A stretch of DNA of 64,000 nucleotides from Auanema rhodensis (lineage: Eukaryota; Animalia; Nematoda). A model generated the notes under the pieces. That model saw only the letters and a program-made list of their open reading frames with translations, was not told the origin of the DNA and searched no databases. Positions 39,501 to 54,675 of this stretch are shown here, in pieces. The position numbers were made by a program, and so were the translations under genes. Where the stretch lies: NCBI GenBank assembly GCA_964057225.1, contig OZ059900.1, forward strand, positions 21,514,001 to 21,578,000. The letters are read 5' to 3'. The stretch's first letter is position 1; the number at the start of each line of letters is the position of its first letter.

Positions 39501-42500
39501 CACTTTCACGACAAAAAAACAGGGGTTAGAAAATTAAGGAAATTAGCACATTCTGAGGGCACGCCCCTTATGGCTAATATTGATTAAATCGATTTTTGTT
39601 CATATGAGTCGTCAAATGCAACGAATTTCAGCGTGTTACATACTAAAATGAAGTATTTTACATGCTGAACACTAGAAAAATACAAAAACACAGTATTTCC
39701 CATGAGAAATATTTTATTATGCTGGAAAACCAGTTTTTGGAAATTTCGCTGTAAACAAGGTTTTGACTTACGATTTCATGTGTTCAAACTCATGCAATGT
39801 CAATGAAACCTAGCTCAAAATTGTTCCTACAACGTCTAGTTCCACTTTCACGACAAAAAAACAGGGGTTAGAAAATTTAGGAAATTAGCATATTCTGAGG
39901 GCACGCCCCTTATGGCTAATATTGATTAAATCGATTTTTGTTCATATGAGTCGTCAAATGCAACGAATTTCAGCGTATTACAAACTAAAATGAAGTATTT
40001 CACATGCTGATCACTAGAAAAATACAAAAACACAATATTTCCCATGAGAAATATTTTATTATGCTGGAAAACCAGTTTTTGGAAAGTTCGCTGTAAACAA
40101 GGTTTTGACTTACGATTTCATGTGTTCAAACTCATGCAATGTCAATGAAACCTAGCTCAAAATTGTTCCTACAACGTCTAATTCCACTTTCACGACAAAA
40201 AAACAGGGGTTAGAAAATTAAGGAAATTAGCACATTCTGAGGGCACGCCCCTTATGGCTAATATTGATTAAATCGATTTTTGTTCATATGAGTCGTCAAA
40301 TGCAACGAATTTCAGCGTGTTACATACTAAAATGAAGTATTTTACATGCTGAACACTAGAGAAATACAAAAACACAGTATTTCCCATAAGAAATATTTTA
40401 TTATGCTGGAAAACCAGTTTTTGGAAATTTCGCTGTAAACAAGGTTTTGACTTACGATTTCATGTGTTCAAACTCATGCAATGTCAATGAAACCTAGCTC
40501 AAAATTGTTCGTACAACGTCTAGTTCCACTTTCACGACAAAAAAACAGGGGTTAGAAAATTAAGGAAATTAGCATATTCTGAGGGCACGCCCCTTATGGC
40601 TAATATTGATTAAATCGATTTTTGTTCATATGAGTAGTCAAATGCAACGAATTTCAGCGTGTTACATACTTAAATGAAGCATTTTACATGCTGAACACTA
40701 GAAAAATACAAAAACACAGTATTTCCCATGAGAAATATTTTATTATGCTGGAAACCAGTTTTTGGAATTTTCGCTGTAAACAAGGTTTTGACTTACGATT
40801 TCATGTGTTCAAACTCATGCAATGTCAATGAAACCTAGCTCAAAATTGTTCGTACAACGTCTAGTTCCACTTTCACGACAAAAAAACAGGGGTTAGAAAA
40901 TTAAGGAAATTAGCATATTCTGAGGGCACGCCCCTTATGGCTAATATTGATTAAATCGATTTTTGTTCATATGAGTCGTCAAATGCAACGAATTTTAGCG
41001 TGTTACATACTAAAATGAAGCATTTTACATGCTGAACACTAGAAAAATACAAAAACACAGTATTTCCCATGAGAAATATTTTATTATGCTGGAAAACCAG
41101 TTTTTGGAAATTTCGCTGTAAACAAGGTTTTGACTTACGATTTCATGTGTTCAAACTCATGCAATGTCAATGAAACCTAGCTCAAAATTGTTCGTACAAC
41201 GTCTAGTTCCACTTTCACGACAAAAAAACAGGGGTTAGAAAATTAAGGAAATTAGCATATTCTGAGGGCACGCCCCTTATGGCTAATATTGATTAAATCG
41301 ATTTTTGTTCATATGAGTCGTCAAATGCAACGAATTTCAGCGTGTTACATACTAAAATGAAGCATTTTACATGCTGAACACTAGAAAAATACAAAAACAC
41401 AGTATTTCCCATGAGAAATATTTTATTATGCTGGAAAACCAGTTTTTGGAAATTTCGCTGTAAACAAGGTTTTGACTTACGATTTCATGTGTTCAAACTC
41501 ATGCAATGTCAATGAAACCTAGCTCAAAATTGTTCGTACAACGTCTAGTTCCACTTTCACGACAAAAAAACAGGGGTTAGAAAATTAAGGAAATTAGCAT
41601 ATTCTGAGGGCACGCCCCTTATGGCTAATATTGATTAAATCGATTTTTGTTCATATGAGTAGTCAAATGCAACGAATTTCAGCGTGTTACATACTTAAAT
41701 GAAGCATTTTACATGCTGAACACTAGAAAAATACAAAAACACAGTATTTCCCATGAGAAATATTTTATTATGCTGGAAACCAGTTTTTGGAATTTTCGCT
41801 GTAAACAAGGTTTTGACTTACGATTTCATGTGTTCAAACTCATGCAATGTCAATGAAACCTAGCTCAAAATTGTTCGTACAACGTCTAGTTCCACTTTCA
41901 CGACAAAAAAACAGGGGTTAGAAAATTAAGGAAATTAGCATATTCTGAGGGCACGCCCCTTATGGCTAATATTGATTAAATCGATTTTTGTTCATATGAG
42001 TCGTCAAATGCAACGAATTTTAGCGTGTTACATACTAAAATGAAGCATTTTACATGCTGAACACTAGAAAAATACAAAAACACAGTATTTCCCATGAGAA
42101 ATATTTTATTATGCTGGAAAACCAGTTTTTGGAAATTTCGCTGTAAACAAGGTTTTGACTTACGATTTCATGTGTTCAAACTCATGCAATGTCAATGAAA
42201 CCTAGCTCAAAATTGTTCGTACAACGTCTAGTTCCACTTTCACGACAAAAAAACAGGGGTTAGAAAATTAAGGAAATTAGCATATTCTGAGGGCACGCCC
42301 CTTATGGCTAATATTGATTAAATCGATTTTTGTTCATATGAGTCGTCAAATGCAACGAATTTCAGCGTGTTACATACTAAAATGAAGCATTTTACATGCT
42401 GAACACTAGAAAAATACAAAAACACAGTATTTCCCATGAGAAATATTTTATTATGCTGGAAAACCAGTTTTTGGAAATTTCGCTGTAAACAAGGTTTTGA

Positions 42501-43051
42501 CTTACGATTTCATGTGTTCAAACTCATGCAATGTCAATGAAACCTAGCTCAAAATTGTTCCTACAACGTCTAGTTCCACTTTCACGACAAAAAAACAGGG
42601 GTTAGAAAATTTAGGAAATTAGCATATTCTGAGGGCACGCCCCTTATGGCTAATATTGATTAAATCGATTTTTGTTCATATGAGTCGTCAAATGCAACGA
42701 ATTTCAGCGTATTACAAACTAAAATGAAGTATTTCACATGCTGAACACTAGAAAAATACAAAAACACAGTATTTCCCATGAGAAATATTTTATTATGCTG
42801 GAAAACCAGTTTTTGGAAATTTCGCTGTAAACAAGGTTTTGACTTACGATTTCATGTGTTCAAACTCATGCAATGTCAATGAAACCTTGCTCAAAATTGT
42901 TCCTACAACGTCTAGTTCCACTTTCACGACAAAAAAACAGGGGTTAGAAAATTTAGGAAATTAGCATATTCTGAGGGCACGCCCCTTATGGCTAATATTG
43001 ATTAAATCGATTTTTGTTCATATGAGTAGTCAAATGCAACGAATTTCAGCG

Positions 43052-46000
43052 TGTTACATACTTAAATGAAGCATTTTACATGCTGAACACTAGAAAAATA
43101 CAAAAACACAGTATTTCCCATGAGAAATATTTTATTATGCTGGAAACCAGTTTTTGGAATTTTCGCTGTAAACAAGGTTTTGACTTACGATTTCATGTGT
43201 TCAAACTCATGCAATGTCAATGAAACCTAGCTCAAAATTGTTCGTACAACGTCTAGTTCCACTTTCACGACAAAAAAACAGGGGTTAGAAAATTAAGGAA
43301 ATTAGCATATTCTGAGGGCACGCCCCTTATGGCTAATATTGATTAAATCGATTTTTGTTCATATGAGTCGTCAAATGCAACGAATTTTAGCGTGTTACAT
43401 ACTAAAATGAAGCATTTTACATGCTGAACACTAGAAAAATACAAAAACACAGTATTTCCCATGAGAAATATTTTATTATGCTGGAAAACCAGTTTTTGGA
43501 AATTTCGCTGTAAACAAGGTTTTGACTTACGATTTCATGTGTTCAAACTCATGCAATGTCAATGAAACCTAGCTCAAAATTGTTCGTACAACGTCTAGTT
43601 CCACTTTCACGACAAAAAAACAGGGGTTAGAAAATTAAGGAAATTAGCATATTCTGAGGGCACGCCCCTTATGGCTAATATTGATTAAATCGATTTTTGT
43701 TCATATGAGTCGTCAAATGCAACGAATTTCAGCGTGTTACATACTAAAATGAAGCATTTTACATGCTGAACACTAGAAAAATACAAAAACACAGTATTTC
43801 CCATGAGAAATATTTTATTATGCTGGAAAACCAGTTTTTGGAAATTTCGCTGTAAACAAGGTTTTGACTTACGATTTCATGTGTTCAAACTCATGCAATG
43901 TCAATGAAACCTAGCTCAAAATTGTTCCTACAACGTCTAGTTCCACTTTCACGACAAAAAAACAGGGGTTAGAAAATTTAGGAAATTAGCATATTCTGAG
44001 GGCACGCCCCTTATGGCTAATATTGATTAAATCGATTTTTGTTCATATGAGTCGTCAAATGCAACGAATTTCAGCGTATTACAAACTAAAATGAAGTATT
44101 TCACATGCTGAACACTAGAAAAATACAAAAACACAGTATTTCCCATGAGAAATATTTTATTATGCTGGAAAACCAGTTTTTGGAAATTTCGCTGTAAACA
44201 AGGTTTTGACTTACGATTTCATGTGTTCAAACTCATGCAATGTCAATGAAACCTTGCTCAAAATTGTTCCTACAACGTCTAGTTCCACTTTCACGACAAA
44301 AAAACAGGGGTTAGAAAATTTAGGAAATTAGCATATTCTGAGGGCACGCCCCTTATGGCTAATATTGATTAAATCGATTTTTGTTCATATGAGTCGTCAA
44401 ATGAAACGAATTTCAGGGTGTTACATACTAAAATGAAGCATTTTACATGCTGAACACTATAAAAATACAAAAACACAGTATTTCCCATGAGAAATATTTT
44501 ATTATGCTGGAAAACCAGTTTTTGGAAAGTTCGCTGTAAACAAGGTTTTGACTTACGATTTCATGTGTTCAAACTCATGCAATGTCAATGAAACCTAGCT
44601 CAAAATTGTTCCTACAACGTCTAATTCCACTTTCACGACAAAAAAACAGGGGTTAGAAAATTAAGGAAATTAGCACATTCTGAGGGCACGCCCCTTATGG
44701 CTAATATTGATTAAATCGATTTTTGTTCATATGAGTCGTCAAATGCAACGAATTTCAGCGTGTTACATACTAAAATGAAGTATTTTACATGCTGAACACT
44801 AGAAAAATACAAAAACACAGTATTTCCCATGAGAAATATTTTATTATGCTGGAAAACCAGTTTTTGGAAATTTCGCTGTAAACAAGGTTTTGACTTACGA
44901 TTTCATGTGTTCAAACTCATGCAATGTCAATGAAACCTAGCTCAAAATTGTTCCTACAACGTCTAGTTCCACTTTCACGACAAAAAAACAGGGGTTAGAA
45001 AATTTAGGAAATTAGCATATTCTGAGGGCACGCCCCTTATGGCTAATATTGATTAAATCGATTTTTGTTCATATGAGTCGTCAAATGCAACGAATTTCAG
45101 CGTATTACAAACTAAAATGAAGTATTTCACATGCTGATCACTAGAAAAATACAAAAACACAATATTTCCCATGAGAAATATTTTATTATGCTGGAAAACC
45201 AGTTTTTGGAAAGTTCGCTGTAAACAAGGTTTTGACTTACGATTTCATGTGTTCAAACTCATGCAATGTCAATGAAACCTAGCTCAAAATTGTTCCTACA
45301 ACGTCTAATTCCACTTTCACGACAAAAAAACAGGGGTTAGAAAATTAAGGAAATTAGCACATTCTGAGGGCACGCCCCTTATGGCTAATATTGATTAAAT
45401 CGATTTTTGTTCATATGAGTCGTCAAATGCAACGAATTTCAGCGTGTTACATACTAAAATGAAGTATTTTACATGCTGAACACTAGAGAAATACAAAAAC
45501 ACAGTATTTCCCATAAGAAATATTTTATTATGCTGGAAAACCAGTTTTTGGAAATTTCGCTGTAAACAAGGTTTTGACTTACGATTTCATGTGTTCAAAC
45601 TCATGCAATGTCAATGAAACCTAGCTCAAAATTGTTCGTACAACGTCTAGTTCCACTTTCACGACAAAAAAACAGGGGTTAGAAAATTAAGGAAATTAGC
45701 ATATTCTGAGGGCACGCCCCTTATGGCTAATATTGATTAAATCGATTTTTGTTCATATGAGTAGTCAAATGCAACGAATTTCAGCGTGTTACATACTTAA
45801 ATGAAGCATTTTACATGCTGAACACTAGAAAAATACAAAAACACAGTATTTCCCATGAGAAATATTTTATTATGCTGGAAACCAGTTTTTGGAATTTTCG
45901 CTGTAAACAAGGTTTTGACTTACGATTTCATGTGTTCAAACTCATGCAATGTCAATGAAACCTAGCTCAAAATTGTTCGTACAACGTCTAGTTCCACTTT

Positions 46001-49000
46001 CACGACAAAAAAACAGGGGTTAGAAAATTAAGGAAATTAGCATATTCTGAGGGCACGCCCCTTATGGCTAATATTGATTAAATCGATTTTTGTTCATATG
46101 AGTCGTCAAATGCAACGAATTTTAGCGTGTTACATACTAAAATGAAGCATTTTACATGCTGAACACTAGAAAAATACAAAAACACAGTATTTCCCATGAG
46201 AAATATTTTATTATGCTGGAAAACCAGTTTTTGGAAATTTCGCTGTAAACAAGGTTTTGACTTACGATTTCATGTGTTCAAACTCATGCAATGTCAATGA
46301 AACCTAGCTCAAAATTGTTCGTACAACGTCTAGTTCCACTTTCACGACAAAAAAACAGGGGTTAGAAAATTAAGGAAATTAGCATATTCTGAGGGCACGC
46401 CCCTTATGGCTAATATTGATTAAATCGATTTTTGTTCATATGAGTCGTCAAATGCAACGAATTTCAGCGTGTTACATACTAAAATGAAGCATTTTACATG
46501 CTGAACACTAGAAAAATACAAAAACACAGTATTTCCCATGAGAAATATTTTATTATGCTGGAAAACCAGTTTTTGGAAATTTCGCTGTAAACAAGGTTTT
46601 GACTTACGATTTCATGTGTTCAAACTCATGCAATGTCAATGAAACCTAGCTCAAAATTGTTCCTACAACGTCTAGTTCCACTTTCACGACAAAAAAACAG
46701 GGGTTAGAAAATTTAGGAAATTAGCATATTCTGAGGGCACGCCCCTTATGGCTAATATTGATTAAATCGATTTTTGTTCATATGAGTCGTCAAATGCAAC
46801 GAATTTCAGCGTATTACAAACTAAAATGAAGTATTTCACATGCTGAACACTAGAAAAATACAAAAACACAGTATTTCCCATGAGAAATATTTTATTATGC
46901 TGGAAAACCAGTTTTTGGAAATTTCGCTGTAAACAAGGTTTTGACTTACGATTTCATGTGTTCAAACTCATGCAATGTCAATGAAACCTTGCTCAAAATT
47001 GTTCCTACAACGTCTAGTTCCACTTTCACGACAAAAAAACAGGGGTTAGAAAATTTAGGAAATTAGCATATTCTGAGGGCACGCCCCTTATGGCTAATAT
47101 TGATTAAATCGATTTTTGTTCATATGAGTCGTCAAATGAAACGAATTTCAGGGTGTTACATACTAAAATGAAGCATTTTACATGCTGAACACTATAAAAA
47201 TACAAAAACACAGTATTTCCCATGAGAAATATTTTATTATGCTGGAAAACCAGTTTTTGGAAAGTTCGCTGTAAACAAGGTTTTGACTTACGATTTCATG
47301 TGTTCAAATTCATGCAATGTCAATGAAACCTAGCTCAAAATTGTTCCTACAACGTCTAATTCCACTTTCACGACAAAAAAACAGGGGTTAGAAAATTAAG
47401 GAAATTAGCACATTCTGAGGGCACGCCCCTTATGGCTAATATTGATTAAATCGATTTTTGTTCATATGAGTCGTCAAATGCAACGAATTTCAGCGTGTTA
47501 CATACTAAAATGAAGTATTTTACATGCTGAACACTAGAAAAATACAAAAACACAGTATTTCCCATGAGAAATATTTTATTATGCTGGAAAACCAGTTTTT
47601 GGAAATTTCGCTGTAAACAAGGTTTTGACTTACGATTTCATGTGTTCAAACTCATGCAATGTCAATGAAACCTAGCTCAAAATTGTTCCTACAACGTCTA
47701 GTTCCACTTTCACGACAAAAAAACAGGGGTTAGAAAATTTAGGAAATTAGCATATTCTGAGGGCACGCCCCTTATGGCTAATATTGATTAAATCGATTTT
47801 TGTTCATATGAGTCGTCAAATGCAACGAATTTCAGCGTATTACAAACTAAAATGAAGTATTTCACATGCTGAACACTAGAAAAATACAAAAACACAGTAT
47901 TTCCCATGAGAAATATTTTATTATGCTGGAAAACCAGTTTTTGGAAAGTTCGCTGTAAACAAGGTTTTGACTTACGATTTCATGTGTTCAAACTCATGCA
48001 ATGTCAATGAAACCTAGCTCAAAATTGTTCCTACAACGTCTAATTCCACTTTCACGACAAAAAAACAGGGGTTAGAAAATTAAGGAAATTAGCACATTCT
48101 GAGGGCACGCCCCTTATGGCTAATATTGATTAAATCGGTTTTTGTTCATATGAGTCGTCAAATGCAACGAATTTCAGCGTGTTACATACTAAAATGAAGT
48201 ATTTTACATGCTGAACACTAGAAAAATACAAAAACACAGTATTTCCCATGAGAAATATTTTATTATGCTGGAAAACCAGTTTTTGGAAAGTTCGCTGTAA
48301 ACAAGGTTTTGACTTACGATTTCATGTGTTCAAACTCATGCAATGTCAATGAAACCTAGCTCAAAATTGTTCGTACAACGTCTAGTTCCACTTTCACGAC
48401 AAAAAAACAGGGGTTAGAAAATTAAGGAAATTAGCATATTCTGAGGGCACGCCCCTTATGGCTAATATTGATTAAATCGATTTTTGTTCATATGAGTAGT
48501 CAAATGCAACGAATTTCAGCGTGTTACATACTTAAATGAAGCATTTTACATGCTGAACACTAGAAAAATACAAAAACACAGTATTTCCCATGAGAAATAT
48601 TTTATTATGCTGGAAACCAGTTTTTGGAATTTTCGCTGTAAACAAGGTTTTGACTTACGATTTCATGTGTTCAAACTCATGCAATGTCAATGAAACCTAG
48701 CTCAAAATTGTTCGTACAACGTCTAGTTCCACTTTCACGACAAAAAAACAGGGGTTAGAAAATTAAGGAAATTAGCATATTCTGAGGGCACGCCCCTTAT
48801 GGCTAATATTGATTAAATCGATTTTTGTTCATATGAGTCGTCAAATGCAACGAATTTTAGCGTGTTACATACTAAAATGAAGCATTTTACATGCTGAACA
48901 CTAGAAAAATACAAAAACACAGTATTTCCCATGAGAAATATTTTATTATGCTGGAAAACCAGTTTTTGGAAATTTCGCTGTAAACAAGGTTTTGACTTAC

Positions 49001-51256
49001 GATTTCATGTGTTCAAACTCATGCAATGTCAATGAAACCTAGCTCAAAATTGTTCGTACAACGTCTAGTTCCACTTTCACGACAAAAAAACAGGGGTTAG
49101 AAAATTAAGGAAATTAGCATATTCTGAGGGCACGCCCCTTATGGCTAATATTGATTAAATCGATTTTTGTTCATATGAGTCGTCAAATGCAACGAATTTC
49201 AGCGTGTTACATACTAAAATGAAGCATTTTACATGCTGAACACTAGAAAAATACAAAAACACAGTATTTCCCATGAGAAATATTTTATTATGCTGGAAAA
49301 CCAGTTTTTGGAAATTTCGCTGTAAACAAGGTTTTGACTTACGATTTCATGTGTTCAAACTCATGCAATGTCAATGAAACCTAGCTCAAAATTGTTCCTA
49401 CAACGTCTAGTTCCACTTTCACGACAAAAAAACAGGGGTTAGAAAATTTAGGAAATTAGCATATTCTGAGGGCACGCCCCTTATGGCTAATATTGATTAA
49501 ATCGATTTTTGTTCATATGAGTCGTCAAATGCAACGAATTTCAGCGTATTACAAACTAAAATGAAGTATTTCACATGCTGAACACTAGAAAAATACAAAA
49601 ACACAGTATTTCCCATGAGAAATATTTTATTATGCTGGAAAACCAGTTTTTGGAAATTTCGCTGTAAACAAGGTTTTGACTTACGATTTCATGTGTTCAA
49701 ACTCATGCAATGTCAATGAAACCTTGCTCAAAATTGTTCCTACAACGTCTAGTTCCACTTTCACGACAAAAAAACAGGGGTTAGAAAATTTAGGAAATTA
49801 GCATATTCTGAGGGCACGCCCCTTATGGCTAATATTGATTAAATCGATTTTTGTTCATATGAGTCGTCAAATGAAACGAATTTCAGGGTGTTACATACTA
49901 AAATGAAGCATTTTACATGCTGAACACTATAAAAATACAAAAACACAGTATTTCCCATGAGAAATATTTTATTATGCTGGAAAACCAGTTTTTGGAAAGT
50001 TCGCTGTAAACAAGGTTTTGACTTACGATTTCATGTGTTCAAACTCATGCAATGTCAATGAAACCTAGCTCAAAATTGTTCCTACAACGTCTAATTCCAC
50101 TTTCACGACAAAAAAACAGGGGTTAGAAAATTAAGGAAATTAGCACATTCTGAGGGCACGCCCCTTATGGCTAATATTGATTAAATCGATTTTTGTTCAT
50201 ATGAGTCGTCAAATGCAACGAATTTCAGCGTGTTACATACTAAAATGAAGTATTTTACATGCTGAACACTAGAAAAATACAAAAACACAGTATTTCCCAT
50301 GAGAAATATTTTATTATGCTGGAAAACCAGTTTTTGGAAATTTCGCTGTAAACAAGGTTTTGACTTACGATTTCATGTGTTCAAACTCATGCAATGTCAA
50401 TGAAACCTAGCTCAAAATTGTTCCTACAACGTCTAGTTCCACTTTCACGACAAAAAAACAGGGGTTAGAAAATTTAGGAAATTAGCATATTCTGAGGGCA
50501 CGCCCCTTATGGCTAATATTGATTAAATCGATTTTTGTTCATATGAGTCGTCAAATGCAACGAATTTCAGCGTATTACAAACTAAAATGAAGTATTTCAC
50601 ATGCTGAACACTAGAAAAATACAAAAACACAGTATTTCCCATGAGAAATATTTTATTATGCTGGAAAACCAGTTTTTGGAAAGTTCGCTGTAAACAAGGT
50701 TTTGACTTACGATTTCATGTGTTCAAACTCATGCAATGTCAATGAAACCTAGCTCAAAATTGTTCCTACAACGTCTAATTCCACTTTCACGACAAAAAAA
50801 CAGGGGTTAGAAAATTAAGGAAATTAGCACATTCTGAGGGCACGCCCCTTATGGCTAATATTGATTAAATCGGTTTTTGTTCATATGAGTCGTCAAATGC
50901 AACGAATTTCAGCGTGTTACATACTAAAATGAAGTATTTTACATGCTGAACACTAGAAAAATACAAAAACACAGTATTTCCCATGAGAAATATTTTATTA
51001 TGCTGGAAAACCAGTTTTTGGAAAGTTCGCTGTAAACAAGGTTTTGACTTACGATTTCATGTGTTCAAACTCATGCAATGTCAATGAAACCTAGCTCAAA
51101 ATTGTTCCTACAACGTCTAATTCCACTTTCACGACAAAAAAACAGGGGTTAGAAAATTAAGGAAATTAGCACATTCTGAGGGCACGCCCCTTATGGCTAA
51201 TATTGATTAAATCGATTTTTGTTCATATGAGTCGTCAAATGCAACGAATTTCAGCG
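43052..51256. repeat. 8-monomer HOR, about three tandem copies (period 2735 bp), with truncated variants on both sides
   Basis: Units start at 43052, 45787 and 48522. The marker tgaaacgaatttcaggg occurs at ~44402, ~47137 and ~49872, and ccttgctc at ~44252, ~46987 and ~49722. Confidence 0.85.
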
Positions 51257-54200
51257 TGTTACATACTAAAATGAAGTATTTTACATGCTGAACACTAGAG
51301 AAATACAAAAACACAGTATTTCCCATAAGAAATATTTTATTATGCTGGAAAACCAGTTTTTGGAAATTTCGCTGTAAACAAGGTTTTGACTTACGATTTC
51401 ATGTGTTCAAACTCATGCAATGTCAATGAAACCTAGCTCAAAATTGTTCGTACAACGTCTAGTTCCACTTTCACGACAAAAAAACAGGGGTTAGAAAATT
51501 AAGGAAATTAGCATATTCTGAGGGCACGCCCCTTATGGCTAATATTGATTAAATCGATTTTTGTTCATATGAGTAGTCAAATGCAACGAATTTCAGCGTG
51601 TTACATACTTAAATGAAGCATTTTACATGCTGAACACTAGAAAAATACAAAAACACAGTATTTCCCATGAGAAATATTTTATTATGCTGGAAAACCAGTT
51701 TTTGGAAATTTCGCTGTAAACAAGGTTTTGACTTACGATTTCATGTGTTCAAACTCATGCAATGTCAATGAAACCTAGCTCAAAATTGTTCCTACAACGT
51801 CTAGTTCCACTTTCACGACAAAAAAACAGGGGTTAGAAAATTTAGGAAATTAGCATATTCTGAGGGCACGCCCCTTATGGCTAATATTGATTAAATCGAT
51901 TTTTGTTCATATGAGTCGTCAAATGCAACGAATTTCAGCGTATTACAAACTAAAATGAAGTATTTCACATGCTGAACACTAGAAAAATACAAAAACACAG
52001 TATTTCCCATGAGAAATATTTTATTATGCTGGAAAACCAGTTTTTGGAAAGTTCGCTGTAAACAAGGTTTTGACTTACGATTTCATGTGTTCAAACTCAT
52101 GCAATGTCAATGAAACCTAGCTCAAAATTGTTCCTACAACGTCTAATTCCACTTTCACGACAAAAAAACAGGGGTTAGAAAATTAAGGAAATTAGCACAT
52201 TCTGAGGGCACGCCCCTTATGGCTAATATTGATTAAATCGGTTTTTGTTCATATGAGTCGTCAAATGCAACGAATTTCAGCGTGTTACATACTAAAATGA
52301 AGTATTTTACATGCTGAACACTAGAAAAATACAAAAACACAGTATTTCCCATGAGAAATATTTTATTATGCTGGAAAACCAGTTTTTGGAAAGTTCGCTG
52401 TAAACAAGGTTTTGACTTACGATTTCATGTGTTCAAACTCATGCAATGTCAATGAAACCTAGCTCAAAATTGTTCCTACAACGTCTAATTCCACTTTCAC
52501 GACAAAAAAACAGGGGTTAGAAAATTAAGGAAATTAGCACATTCTGAGGGCACGCCCCTTATGGCTAATATTGATTAAATCGATTTTTGTTCATATGAGT
52601 CGTCAAATGCAACGAATTTCAGCGTGTTACATACTAAAATGAAGTATTTTACATGCTGAACACTAGAGAAATACAAAAACACAGTATTTCCCATAAGAAA
52701 TATTTTATTATGCTGGAAAACCAGTTTTTGGAAATTTCGCTGTAAACAAGGTTTTGACTTACGATTTCATGTGTTCAAACTCATGCAATGTCAATGAAAC
52801 CTAGCTCAAAATTGTTCGTACAACGTCTAGTTCCACTTTCACGACAAAAAAACAGGGGTTAGAAAATTAAGGAAATTAGCATATTCTGAGGGCACGCCCC
52901 TTATGGCTAATATTGATTAAATCGATTTTTGTTCATATGAGTAGTCAAATGCAACGAATTTCAGCGTGTTACATACTTAAATGAAGCATTTTACATGCTG
53001 AACACTAGAAAAATACAAAAACACAGTATTTCCCATGAGAAATATTTTATTATACTGGAAACCAGTTTTTGGAATTTTCGCTGTAAACAAGGTTTTGACT
53101 TACAATTTCATGTGTTCAAACTCATGCAATGTCAATGAAACCTAGCTCAAAATTGTTCGTACAACGTCTAGTTCCACTTTCACGACAAAAAAACAGGGGT
53201 TAGAAAATTAAGGAAATTAGCATATTCTGAGGGCACGCCCCTTATGGCTAATATTGATTAAATCGATTTTTGTTCATATGAGTCGTCAAATGAAACGAAT
53301 TTCAGGGTGTTACATACTAAAATGAAGCATTTTACATGCTGAACACTATAAAAATACAAAAACACAGTATTTCCCATGAGAAATATTTTATTATGCTGGA
53401 AAACCAGTTTTTGGAAAGTTCGCTGTAAACAAGGTTTTGACTTACGATTTCATGTGTTCAAACTCATGCAATGTCAATGAAACCTAGCTCAAAATTGTTC
53501 CTACAACGTCTAATTCCACTTTCACGACAAAAAAACAGGGGTTAGAAAATTAAGGAAATTAGCACATTCTGAGGGCACGCCCCTTATGGCTAATATTGAT
53601 TAAATCGATTTTTGTTCATATGAGTCGTCAAATGCAACGAATTTCAGCGTGTTACATACTAAAATGAAGTATTTTACATGCTGAACACTAGAAAAATACA
53701 AAAACACAGTATTTCCCATGAGAAATATTTTATTATGCTGGAAAACCAGTTTTTGGAAATTTCGCTGTAAACAAGGTTTTGACTTACGATTTCATGTGTT
53801 CAAACTCATGCAATGTCAATGAAACCTAGCTCAAAATTGTTCCTACAACGTCTAGTTCCACTTTCACGACAAAAAAACAGGGATTAGAAAATTTAGGAAA
53901 TTAGCATATTCTGAGGGCACGCCCCTTATGGCTAATATTGATTAAATCGATTTTTGTTCATATGAGTCGTCAAATGCAACGAATTTCAGCGTATTACAAA
54001 CTAAAATGAAGTATTTCACATGCTGAACACTAGAAAAATACAAAAACACAATATTTCCCATGAGAAATATTTTATTATGCTGGAAAACCAGTTTTTGGAA
54101 AGTTCGCTGTAAACAAGGTTTTGACTTACGATTTCATGTGTTCAAACTCATGCAATGTCAATGAAACCTAGCTCAAAATTGTTCCTACAACGTCTAATTC

Positions 54201-54675
54201 CACTTTCACGACAAAAAAACAGGGGTTAGAAAATTAAGGAAATTAGCACATTCTGAGGGCACGCCCCTTATGGCTAATATTGATTAAATCGATTTTTGTT
54301 CATATGAGTCGTCAAATGCAACGAATTTCAGCGTGTTACATACTAAAATGAAGTATTTTACATGCTGAACACTAGAGAAATACAAAAACACAGTATTTCC
54401 CATAAGAAATATTTTATTATGCTGGAAAACCAGTTTTTGGAAATTTCGCTGTAAACAAGGTTTTGACTTACGATTTCATGTGTTCAAACTCATGCAATGT
54501 CAATGAAACCTAGCTCAAAATTGTTCGTACAACGTCTAGTTCCACTTTCACGACAAAAAAACAGGGGTTAGAAAATTAAGGAAATTAGCATATTCTGAGG
54601 GCACGCCCCTTATGGCTAATATTGATTAAATCGATTTTTGTTCATATGAGTAGTCAAATGCAACGAATTTCAGCG

